From an uncultured Desulfarculaceae bacterium (GTDB taxonomy: Bacteria > Desulfobacterota > Desulfarculia > Desulfarculales > Desulfarculaceae): a stretch of DNA of 51,446 bases. How positions within the stretch are numbered: the first letter of the stretch is position 1; every line of letters starts with the position of its first letter. Below, in pieces: positions 21,705-29,587 of this stretch. The notes below the pieces were generated by a model. It was given only the letters and a program-made list of their open reading frames with translations. It made no database searches and had not been told where the DNA came from. The stretch covers positions 1-51,446 of the forward strand of contig CALERA010000017.1 in NCBI GenBank assembly GCA_937908275.1, given 5' to 3'. The translations under genes and the position numbers were made by a program.

Positions 21705-22103
21705 TTACCGCTCCGGGTCCCCGGCCAGGCGCCGGGCCAGCTCGCGGTCGGCTGGGCAGAGATCCAGGCCCAGCATCTCCCCCGGGCTGACCCAGGCCAG
21801 CTCCAGGTGCTCCAGGGCCTGGGGCTCGCCGGACAGCAGGCGGCAGGGGAAGCAGTGCAGGTCCAGGCTCTTTTCCGGCTCGCGTTGCCTGACCACCGCC
21901 AGGCGCTCCAGCACCTGGACCTCCACCCCCAGCTCCTCGCGCAGCTCGCGGACCAGGCAGGCGGCCAGGTCCTCGCCCGGCTGCTGCTTGCCCCCGGGCA
22001 GCTCCCAGCGGCGGTTGTCCGCCCGGCGGGCCACCAGCACCCGGCCGTCGCGGCGCAGCACCCCGCAGGTCACCTGGAGGGGAAGGGCCTCGCGCAGGCT
22101 CAT
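21705..22103 (-). CDS. NUDIX hydrolase (MutT/NudG-like)
   Basis: Nudix box GGKQQPGEDLAACLVRELREELG and C-terminal PAD. Confidence 0.9.
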   Translation of the reverse strand: MSLREALPLQVTCGVLRRDGRVLVARRADNRRWELPGGKQQPGEDLAACLVRELREELGVEVQVLERLAVVRQREPEKSLDLHCFPCRLLSGEPQALEHLELAWVSPGEMLGLDLCPADRELARRLAGDPER

Positions 22104-24172
22104 CGCGGCTTCTTGGTCTCGGCCGGGCGCTCCTCGCGCTCCAGGAGATTGGTCTTCAGCGACAGGTAGCGGTCCTGCACCCCAGGCTGGTTGGGGGCCT
22201 GGTCCAGGATGTGCTCATAGGCCTTGAGGGCCTTGCCGTCCTGGCCAGCGGCCTCGTAGAGCCCGGCCAGCTTGGTCCAGAGCTCCAGGTTGTCCGGCAG
22301 GTTCTTCACGCCCAGCTCCAGGGCCTTGGCCGCGCCCAGGGTGTCCTCCTGCTCCAGGGCCAGGCTGGCGCGCAGCAGGTAGAGGCGGGGGGCTTTGCTG
22401 CCGGCGGTCAGGGCCTGGTCCAGGAGCGCGGCCACCTGTTGGGGCTTGTCCTTGGCCAGGTTGGCGTAGACCTGCTCCAGGAGCTCGGGCTGGTCGGGGT
22501 TGGCCTGGAGCTGGTTCTTGGCCAGCTCCAGGGCGCGGTCGCCCCGGCCCAGCTTGAGTTGCAGGGCCATCATCTGGCGCTGGATCTCGCGGTCCTGGGG
22601 CCGGCCCTGGGCGGCCACGGCCAGGCTGTCCAGGGCCTCCTGATAGCGGCCCAACTCGCCCAGGAGCACCCCCAGGTTGAAGTCCAGGTCCGGGTCGTGG
22701 GGGCCCTGGCGGGTCAGGTGGCGGTAGGTCTTGACCAGGGCCGGCTTGTCGCCCAGGTCCTCGTAGAGCCGGGACAGGCGCAGCCAGATGCCCGGGTCGT
22801 CGGGGCTGAGCAGGGCCGCCTTCTCCAGCTCGGCCGCGGCCTCGGCCTTGCGCCCGGCGGCCAGCAGGGCCTCCACCAGGCGCAGGCGGGCCTGCTGGTC
22901 GGCCGGGGCCAGGGTCGCGGCCTGGCGCTGGGCCTCCAGGGCCCCGGCCGGGTTGCCGGCCGCCTGGCGGGCCTCGGCCAGGGTTTGCCAGAGCACGGCG
23001 TCAAAGGGCTGGAGCTTCACCGCCTGCTCCAGGGCCTGGGCGGCCGGTCCGGGCTGGCCCATCTGCAGGCGCACCTGGGCCAGGTGGCCATAGGTGGCCG
23101 CCCGCTCGGCCCCGGATTGGAGCTGGCTCAGGCGCTCCCAGAGGGCGGCGGCCTGCTCCCATTGCTGCTCCTGCTCCAACAACTGGGCCAGGGCCGCCAG
23201 CAGGGCGGGGTCCTGGGGCGAGAGCTCCAGACGGCGCTCCACCACGGCCTTGGCCTTGGCGGTCTCGCCGATGCGTTGATACAGCTCGGTCAGGCGGGCC
23301 AGTTGCTCCCGGTCGTCGCGCAGCCAGGGCTGCTCCTCCAGCAGGGCGGCGGCCTCGCGGTAGCGCTGGGCCTCGACCAGGAGGTCGGCCAGGCGGGTGG
23401 CCAGCAGGCGGTCGTCCGGGGTCAGGTCCAGGGCCTTCTGGGTGTAGGCGATCTTGTCCTCCAGGCTGGTGGCCTTTTCCGCCCGCCGCAGCCAGTCGAT
23501 GGGCAGCAGACGCACCAGGAGCTGGATCGAACCCAGGCGGCGCTGGCCGCGCCAGACCTCCAGGTTCACGAAGTCGCGGTTGAAGACCTGCTCGCCAAAG
23601 AGTTCGTTCAGGGAGTGGAAGCGGTTCAGGTCCACCTCGGGCAGGCCCTCCAGGCGCGGTTGCAGGCCGTAATCCAGCCAGCCGTCGCCCTCGGCCCGCA
23701 GCACCCGGAAGGGCGCGTCCGGGTGCAGGGCGGCCACCCCCCCGGCCTGGACCCTGACCGGCAGGCCGCCCACCGACAACTCCACCCAACGCAGGTGGCT
23801 GCCGGTGATGGTGGCCAGGTAGCCCTCGGATTTGGGGGCCTGGCCCCGGGCCGGCGGCGGGCCGGCGGGCAGGGTGGTGCTGGTGGAGTTGCTGGAGGTG
23901 GTGACGCTGCTGGTGGTGGAGCCCGAGGTGGTGGTGGTCTCGCTGGTGCTGGTCTCGCTGGTGGCGGTGGTTTCGCTGGTGCTGGTGGTGGAGGTGCTGG
24001 TGGGGGTGAGCTTTTCGCCCACCGCGGTGGCCGGCTCGGCGGTGGCGATTCGGACCGGGGCGGACGGGGTCAGGCCAGGCCCCTCGGCCCGGGCCGGCAG
24101 GGGCGCGAACGCCAGGAAAACCGCCAACCAGGCGGCCAGCAGGAATGCGGAGGGAGCGAGTGGACGCGGCAT
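22100..24172 (-). CDS. Exported tetratricopeptide-repeat protein with a Ser/Thr-rich linker
   Basis: Signal peptide ending ARA, a Thr/Ser tract and many TPR-like A..L.P.D repeats. Confidence 0.8.
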   Translation of the reverse strand: MPRPLAPSAFLLAAWLAVFLAFAPLPARAEGPGLTPSAPVRIATAEPATAVGEKLTPTSTSTTSTSETTATSETSTSETTTTSGSTTSSVTTSSNSTSTTLPAGPPPARGQAPKSEGYLATITGSHLRWVELSVGGLPVRVQAGGVAALHPDAPFRVLRAEGDGWLDYGLQPRLEGLPEVDLNRFHSLNELFGEQVFNRDFVNLEVWRGQRRLGSIQLLVRLLPIDWLRRAEKATSLEDKIAYTQKALDLTPDDRLLATRLADLLVEAQRYREAAALLEEQPWLRDDREQLARLTELYQRIGETAKAKAVVERRLELSPQDPALLAALAQLLEQEQQWEQAAALWERLSQLQSGAERAATYGHLAQVRLQMGQPGPAAQALEQAVKLQPFDAVLWQTLAEARQAAGNPAGALEAQRQAATLAPADQQARLRLVEALLAAGRKAEAAAELEKAALLSPDDPGIWLRLSRLYEDLGDKPALVKTYRHLTRQGPHDPDLDFNLGVLLGELGRYQEALDSLAVAAQGRPQDREIQRQMMALQLKLGRGDRALELAKNQLQANPDQPELLEQVYANLAKDKPQQVAALLDQALTAGSKAPRLYLLRASLALEQEDTLGAAKALELGVKNLPDNLELWTKLAGLYEAAGQDGKALKAYEHILDQAPNQPGVQDRYLSLKTNLLEREERPAETKKPR
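23873..24007 (-). repeat. Low-complexity Thr/Ser codon tract
   Basis: Repeated ACC/AGC codons encoding TSTSTTSTSETTATSETSTSETTTTS... Confidence 0.8.
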
Positions 24173-24273
24173 GGCTTATGGACCGGCCTTGCGAGGGGTT
24201 AGCCTGTCATCAACCTTACCTAAGCCGGCGGCGCAAGTCAAAGCCAGCCGCGCGGGGCGCGGGGCGGGAAGCC

Positions 24274-25581
24274 TCAGGCGGGGTCGCCGCGCAGGGCCAG
24301 GCCGGCGGGGCCCTGGACCAGCTCCCGGGCCACGACCCGCAGGCGGGCGCCGGGCGGGAGGGGGCGGTCCAGCAGGACCGGGGCGTAGTTGGCGGCCCGG
24401 CCCAGGCCGTCGGCCTCCAGGATCACCTCCAGGGTCTGCCCCACCAGGCCCACCAGCCAGGCCTGGCGCTTGGCCTCGCCCAGGCGGCGCAGGCGGGCGG
24501 CCCGGGCCTTGGCCAGGGGGCCGGGCACCCGGTTCGGGAAGGACGCGGCCGGGGTGCCTGGCCGGGGAGAGTAAGGGAAAACGTGCAGATAGGAGAGCGG
24601 CAGCTCGGTGATCAGGGCCTCGGTGGCCGCGAAGTCGGCCTCAGTCTCCCCGGGCAGGCCCACCATCACGTCCGCGCCCAGGCCGCAGCCCGGCAGGGCG
24701 GCGGCCGCCGCCCGCAGCGTGGCGGCATAGTCCCGGGCGCCATAGGGCCGGCCCATGGCCCGCAGCAGGGCGTCGCTGCCGGTCTGCAGGGGCAGGTGCA
24801 GGTGGGGGCAGAGCCGGGGCTCGCCGGCCATCAGCTCCAAAAGCTCGGGCGTGGCCTCGTTGCCCTCCAGGGAGGACAGGCGCAGGCGGGGGCCGGGATG
24901 GGCGGCGAGGAGCGCCCGCACCAGCTCCACCAGGCCGGGGCCGCCGGGCAGGTCCGCGCCCCAGCGGCCCAGGTGGATCCCGGTCAGGACCACCTCGGCC
25001 GCCCCGGCCTGGGCCAGCTGGGCGAAGAGCGCGGCGGCGTCGGCCGCCGGCAGGCTGCGGGGCCGGCCCCGGGTGCTGGGCACGATGCAGTAGGCGCAGT
25101 GGGCGTCGCAGCCGTCCTGGACCTTCAACAGGCCCCGGGTGCGGTTGGGCCCGGGGGCGCGCCAGCCGGGGCAGAACTCGCCACTGTCAGGCAAGGCCAG
25201 GGGCGCGTCCGCGGCCGGCCGCCAGCCGGCGGCCAGGGCCGGGACCAGGCCGGCCAACTCCGCGCGGCCCACCACCGCCACGTCATCCTTGACATAGGCC
25301 GTTGGCCCGGCCTGCACGTCGCAGCCGCAGGCCAGCACCAGGCCCTCGGGGGCGGCCTGCCTGAGCCGGCGGGCCATCTGGCGGGATTGGCGGCCGGCGG
25401 TGGCGGTGACCGCGCAGGTCAGCAAAAGGCATAACGCGGCCGGCTGGCCCTCCTCTGCCGGGGACCAGCCCAGCCGCGTCAGCTCTCGCTCCAGGTGGGC
25501 GGCCTCGGCCTGGTTGACCTTGCAGCCCAGGCTGACCACCCGGAATCCGCCCCGGCCGGGGCCGGGGTCAGAACCGGGCAC
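24274..25581 (-). CDS. mtaB: tRNA t6A37 methylthiotransferase (radical SAM, MtaB type)
   Basis: Motifs LGCKVNQ, TCAVT, KVQDGCDAHCAYC, HLPLQTGS and HVFPYSPRPGT. Confidence 0.88.
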   Translation of the reverse strand: MPGSDPGPGRGGFRVVSLGCKVNQAEAAHLERELTRLGWSPAEEGQPAALCLLLTCAVTATAGRQSRQMARRLRQAAPEGLVLACGCDVQAGPTAYVKDDVAVVGRAELAGLVPALAAGWRPAADAPLALPDSGEFCPGWRAPGPNRTRGLLKVQDGCDAHCAYCIVPSTRGRPRSLPAADAAALFAQLAQAGAAEVVLTGIHLGRWGADLPGGPGLVELVRALLAAHPGPRLRLSSLEGNEATPELLELMAGEPRLCPHLHLPLQTGSDALLRAMGRPYGARDYAATLRAAAAALPGCGLGADVMVGLPGETEADFAATEALITELPLSYLHVFPYSPRPGTPAASFPNRVPGPLAKARAARLRRLGEAKRQAWLVGLVGQTLEVILEADGLGRAANYAPVLLDRPLPPGARLRVVARELVQGPAGLALRGDPA

Positions 25582-26746
25582 GCACCCGCTTGAAGGCCTC
25601 GGCCGAGCGGGTGATGGTCTCGTCCGAGCAGCAGTAGGCGATGCGGAAATAGCCGGGACCCATGAAGCCCGAGCCCGGCACCAGGAGCAGGTTCTCCTCC
25701 TGGGCGGCGCGCACGAAGGCCACGTCGTCGGCGATGGGGCTCTTGGGGAAGACGTAGAAGGCCCCCTTGGGCTCGCTGAACTCGAAGCCCGCGTTTTTAA
25801 GCACGTCGCAGATCAGGCGGCGCTTCCTGGCGTACTGGGCCACGTCGGCCACGTTGTCCAGCAGCTCGGCCACCGCCAACTGCATCATGGCCGGGGCGTT
25901 GACAAAGCCCAGGATGCGGTTGGCCAGGCCCATGCCGGCCATGAGCTGGCCCTTGTCGGCGATCCCCGGATGGGCGGCCACGTAGCCGATGCGCTCGCCG
26001 GGCAGGCTCAGGTTCTTGCTGAAACTGGTCACCACCAGGCTGTGGGGATAGGCCGCGAAGACCGAGGGCACCGTGGCCCCGTCGTAGATCAACTGGCGGT
26101 AGGGCTCGTCGCTGATCAGGTAGACCGGCCGGCCCCGCTTCTGGCCCACCTCGGTCAGGGCCTGGCCCAGGGCCTGGATCTGCGCCTCGGGGTAGACCGC
26201 GCCGGAGGGGTTGTTGGGGTTGTTGATCAGCACCGCGCAGGTCTGCTCGTCCACCGCCGCGGCGATGGCCGCCACGTCCAGGCCGAAGTCGGCCAGGGTG
26301 GGCACCCGCTTGACCACGCCGCCGTGGTTGTCCAGGTAGAAGTCGTACTCCACGAAATAGGGCGTGGGCACCACCACGTTGGCCCCCGGGTCCACCAGGG
26401 TCTTCAACACCACGTTCAGGGCCCCGCCCGCGCCCACGGTCATGATGATCTCGTCGGCGCTGAATTTCACGCCGTGGACCTGGGTCAGGTGGTCGGCCAC
26501 CTTGGCCCGCACCGCCGGGAAGCCGGTGTTGGGCATGTAGGCGTGCAGGCCCGGGGTGCGGTTGGCGGCCAGGCGGCCGATGACCTCGTAGAAGGCCTCG
26601 GGCGGCTCCAGGTTGGGGTTGCCCAACGAGAAATCGTAGACGTTCTCGGCCCCCTTCTCGGCCTTGAGCTTGGCCCCGGCCTCGAACATGGCCCGAATCC
26701 AACTGGAGCGGTCAATGAACTGGGCGATTTTTTGCGCGATGGGCAT
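25568..26746 (-). CDS. Class I/II PLP-dependent aminotransferase, possibly aromatic or prephenate aminotransferase
   Basis: Motifs SLGNP, NNPNNPSG, SDEPY and SFSKNLSLPGERIG. ATG at 26746 follows AGGAGG. Confidence 0.92.
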   Translation of the reverse strand: MPIAQKIAQFIDRSSWIRAMFEAGAKLKAEKGAENVYDFSLGNPNLEPPEAFYEVIGRLAANRTPGLHAYMPNTGFPAVRAKVADHLTQVHGVKFSADEIIMTVGAGGALNVVLKTLVDPGANVVVPTPYFVEYDFYLDNHGGVVKRVPTLADFGLDVAAIAAAVDEQTCAVLINNPNNPSGAVYPEAQIQALGQALTEVGQKRGRPVYLISDEPYRQLIYDGATVPSVFAAYPHSLVVTSFSKNLSLPGERIGYVAAHPGIADKGQLMAGMGLANRILGFVNAPAMMQLAVAELLDNVADVAQYARKRRLICDVLKNAGFEFSEPKGAFYVFPKSPIADDVAFVRAAQEENLLLVPGSGFMGPGYFRIAYCCSDETITRSAEAFKRVRARF

Positions 26747-26767
26747 TGGAACCTCCTGGCCTGGGCG

Positions 26768-26809
26768 CAAACAAACAGCCGCGGACCCGGTTTGGCTGGT
26801 CCGCGGCTG
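26768..26809 (-). terminator. Attenuator terminator hairpin in the aminotransferase leader
   Basis: 12-bp perfect stem CAGCCGCGGACC/GGTCCGCGGCTG followed by TTTGTTTG on the minus strand, about 30 nt before the start codon. Confidence 0.75.
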
Positions 26810-26837
26810 ACTGGTGGCTGGGTCTGGGCGTCGGAAG

Positions 26838-26906
26838 TCAGGGCCGGCGGACACGGGCGGCCGGGCAATAGTAGAAGCCCATAAATCGACGGCCGCTGAG
26901 TGTCAT
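26838..26906 (-). CDS. Putative 22-aa attenuator leader peptide MTLSGRRFMGFYYCPAARVRRP
   Basis: GGAGG lies 10 nt upstream. Contains a TTT..TTC TAC TAT codon cluster, and its 3' end is complementary to the terminator 5' arm. Confidence 0.7.
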   Translation of the reverse strand: MTLSGRRFMGFYYCPAARVRRP

Positions 26907-26931
26907 TGCGCCCAAACCTCCAATTGGCAGC

Positions 26932-26960
26932 AGCATATCATCGCCCCCGGGGGCGGTCAA
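26932..26960 (-). promoter_or_regulatory. Sigma70 promoter for the leader peptide and aminotransferase
   Basis: TTGACC-17 nt-TATGCT with an extended TG. Confidence 0.7.
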
Positions 26961-26985
26961 GGCCCTGCCTGCGGCCAAAATGGGG

Positions 26986-27276
26986 TTATTCGTGCAGGAT
27001 GGGCGGGCCCCACTCCTTGAAGGAGAAATTGTAGAAAACGTTGTGTCCGTTGTAGTCCAGGACCCTGAGGTCGTCGTCCTGCTTCAGGTCGCCCAGGATC
27101 ACCTCGAAATGCTGGCCGTAGCGCTGGCGCACCAAATCCAGGGCCAGTTCATGGGCGATGTACTTGACGATGCCCTTGCGCGCCAGCTTTTCCACGAACT
27201 TGGGATCATCGAAGGACGCGAAGCTGGTCAGGATCAGGATCGGACCGGTTCCGGTGAAGACAACTCCCGCCTTCAT
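26986..27276 (-). CDS. Conserved-looking hypothetical protein (96 aa)
   Basis: GGAGG RBS and host codon bias. Sequence MKAGVVFTGTGPILILTS...DLRVLDYNG. Confidence 0.8.
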   Translation of the reverse strand: MKAGVVFTGTGPILILTSFASFDDPKFVEKLARKGIVKYIAHELALDLVRQRYGQHFEVILGDLKQDDDLRVLDYNGHNVFYNFSFKEWGPPILHE

Positions 27277-27423
27277 GACCAACAACCTCCTTGTAAGGGT
27301 TTGCCAGGCGTTTTCCGGTCGCGTGGGGCCAAATCATTAGCCGCCCCACCGGAATCCTTGCCTACCTCGAGCATAGGGCCGGGCTCGCGCGGCTGTCAAG
27401 CGCGCCGCCCGGGGTGGGCTGGT

Positions 27424-28431
27424 CTAGAACTGGCCCAGGAAGCGGACGAACTGCTCCAGCAGCGGGCGGTCCAGCCAGAGGCCGATCTCGTTGCGCATCA
27501 CCAGCAGCAGCGCGTAGGGGTTCATGGCCTGGTGCCCGCGGCAGCCGGAGGTGCCGGTCTCGTAGATGTCCACGATGCGGGCCGCCCGAGCCTCCAGGCC
27601 GATGGCCTCCCCGGCCAGGCCCTGGGGATAACCGCTGCCGTCCAGGTTCTCGTGATGGCTGTAGACCAACTCCCGCACCCCGGGGTCCAGGTCCTTGATC
27701 TGCAACAGGAAGTCCCGCCCCAGGCGCGGGTGCTCCTCCAGGGCCTTGCCCTCGCGGATGCCGCCCCAGAGGGCGTCGTCCGGTCCGTCATGGTTAAGAT
27801 CCACCAGGCCCAGGTCGTGGTAGAACATGGCCAGGCCCAGGCGCTCGGCCGCCAGGCGCGACCAGCCCAGGCTGCGGGCGAAACCCACCGCCAGCAGGCA
27901 GGTGTTGAGGCCGTGGCTGGCCAGCTCCTGGTTGCGGGAGAGCACCCTGAGCATGGCCTGGCGGGTGGTGTCGTTGTCCCAGATCATGCCCACCAGCTTG
28001 CGCACGGTGGAAACACCGAGGCCCAGGCGCCGGCCGTTGCGCGGGTCCAGCAGGGCCGCCTTCAGGCTGCACAGGGCGTGTTCATAGGCCAGGTAGCAGC
28101 CTTGCATGGGGTCGCCCCCGGCCTGGACGGCCAGGGAGCGTTGGGTTTGCTCCGAAAGATAGGCCAGCACCAAGTCCAGGTCGCTCAGGGGGGTGAAGGC
28201 GTGGGTGACGCCGCTGTTCAACAGGCGTTGGAGCCATGAAGAAGACACCTCGCTATGCCGGGGCAGGGCCACCATCAGGCGCAGGTCCTGTTGGTCGGAC
28301 TGGATGACCTCCAGGCGCAGGTCGCAGGGAAAGATGGTGCCAGGCACCAGGGCCCGCAAAGCGAAGTGGGCGAATCCGGGATAGAGGTTGGGCGGTCCGC
28401 TTACCTCGGTGGTCGGCAGTTGGGAGTTCAT
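27424..28431 (-). CDS. HD-GYP domain protein (putative cyclic dinucleotide phosphodiesterase)
   Basis: Motifs HG, YHDLG, HP, HHENLDGSGYPQGL and IVD. Confidence 0.85.
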   Translation of the reverse strand: MNSQLPTTEVSGPPNLYPGFAHFALRALVPGTIFPCDLRLEVIQSDQQDLRLMVALPRHSEVSSSWLQRLLNSGVTHAFTPLSDLDLVLAYLSEQTQRSLAVQAGGDPMQGCYLAYEHALCSLKAALLDPRNGRRLGLGVSTVRKLVGMIWDNDTTRQAMLRVLSRNQELASHGLNTCLLAVGFARSLGWSRLAAERLGLAMFYHDLGLVDLNHDGPDDALWGGIREGKALEEHPRLGRDFLLQIKDLDPGVRELVYSHHENLDGSGYPQGLAGEAIGLEARAARIVDIYETGTSGCRGHQAMNPYALLLVMRNEIGLWLDRPLLEQFVRFLGQF

Positions 28432-28805
28432 AAGCGGTTATCCTGCGCGGCTGGTCCGTGGGCTGACCCCCGGGACGCGGACTGTCTGGTCCGGCCCGCG
28501 CCGCGATCCTTGGCTCTCGGCCGGCGAGTCCTCAGCGGGTGGGGCTGAAACCCGGTTCGAGCTCGGTGGGAGTGCGACAATAGGGGCAATAGGCCACGCC
28601 CAGCAGGCTGGTGAGGAAGGTGCGCTTGCACTTGGGACAAGTCACTTCCCTCTGGCGCGGTGGCTTTATGGCTTGCATGGCCGATCGACTCCTGCGAAAT
28701 AAGACGTCATTCTGCCGCTCGTGATAAGAGCCAAGCGCGGAGCGAGGGGGAAAATCCCTGGCCTGACGCGATTTATTCCTCTCACGTTCTAATTATATCA
28801 CGCTA

Positions 28806-28834
28806 AATATAGGCATGTGACACCAGACTGTCAA
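28806..28834 (-). promoter_or_regulatory. Near-consensus sigma70 promoter facing the HD-GYP gene
   Basis: TTGACA-17 nt-TATATT on the minus strand. Confidence 0.55.
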
Positions 28835-28872
28835 CGAAGGCCCCTGATGTCCCGAGGGGATGGTGGCGACAA

Positions 28873-29574
28873 ATGGCACAGGAAAACGACAAATTGGGCA
28901 TGGCTGGCCTGGTGCTGGCGGAGTTGTACCGCGCCCATGCCGGGTTGACCCGGGAGCGGGAGACGGCCTGCGGCCCGGGCTGCGCCGCCTGCTGCCGGGA
29001 CCGGGTGCAACTCACCACCCTGGAGGCCCGCTTCCTGGTGGACCACTTGCGCCAGGCCGGGCGGGATGACCTGCTGGAGCGCCTGGCCGGGGTCGCCGAC
29101 CCGGACGGACCCCGGCCGGCCTACAGCCTCAACGCCCTGGCCCGGATGTGCCTGGCCCAGGCCGAGCCCCCGGCCGAGGCCGACCCGCCTCCGGCCCGGC
29201 CCTGCCCCCTGCTGGCCGAGGGCCTGTGCCAGGCTTACGAGGCCCGGCCCCTGGCCTGCCGGGCCATGGCCTCGCGCCAGACCTGCGCTCCGGAGGGCCA
29301 GGCCGACCAGGACCCCTGGTGGGTGACCCTGGACACGGTGTTTTACCAGTTGGTGGAGCAGGCCGACGCCGGGGGTGGGTTTGGCTACCTGGGGCCGGTG
29401 CTGGCCCGGGTGTTGGCGGGGCGGTCGGTGGATCTGGTGGTCTGCGAGAACCTGCCCGGCCTGCCGGTCCCGCCCCAGCACCAGGCCCGGCTGCAGGCGG
29501 TCCTGGGGCCGCTGTTCGCCCGTCCGCTGGCGGGCCAGCCCCTGGGGATGCGCCTCCAGGCCCTGCGCCGGTAA
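28873..29574 (+). CDS. YkgJ-like cysteine cluster protein
   Basis: Motifs ACGPGCAACC, CPLL, C.AYEARPLACR. Confidence 0.85.
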   Translation: MAQENDKLGMAGLVLAELYRAHAGLTRERETACGPGCAACCRDRVQLTTLEARFLVDHLRQAGRDDLLERLAGVADPDGPRPAYSLNALARMCLAQAEPPAEADPPPARPCPLLAEGLCQAYEARPLACRAMASRQTCAPEGQADQDPWWVTLDTVFYQLVEQADAGGGFGYLGPVLARVLAGRSVDLVVCENLPGLPVPPQHQARLQAVLGPLFARPLAGQPLGMRLQALRR

Positions 29575-29587
29575 TTCCGGGCGGGGA

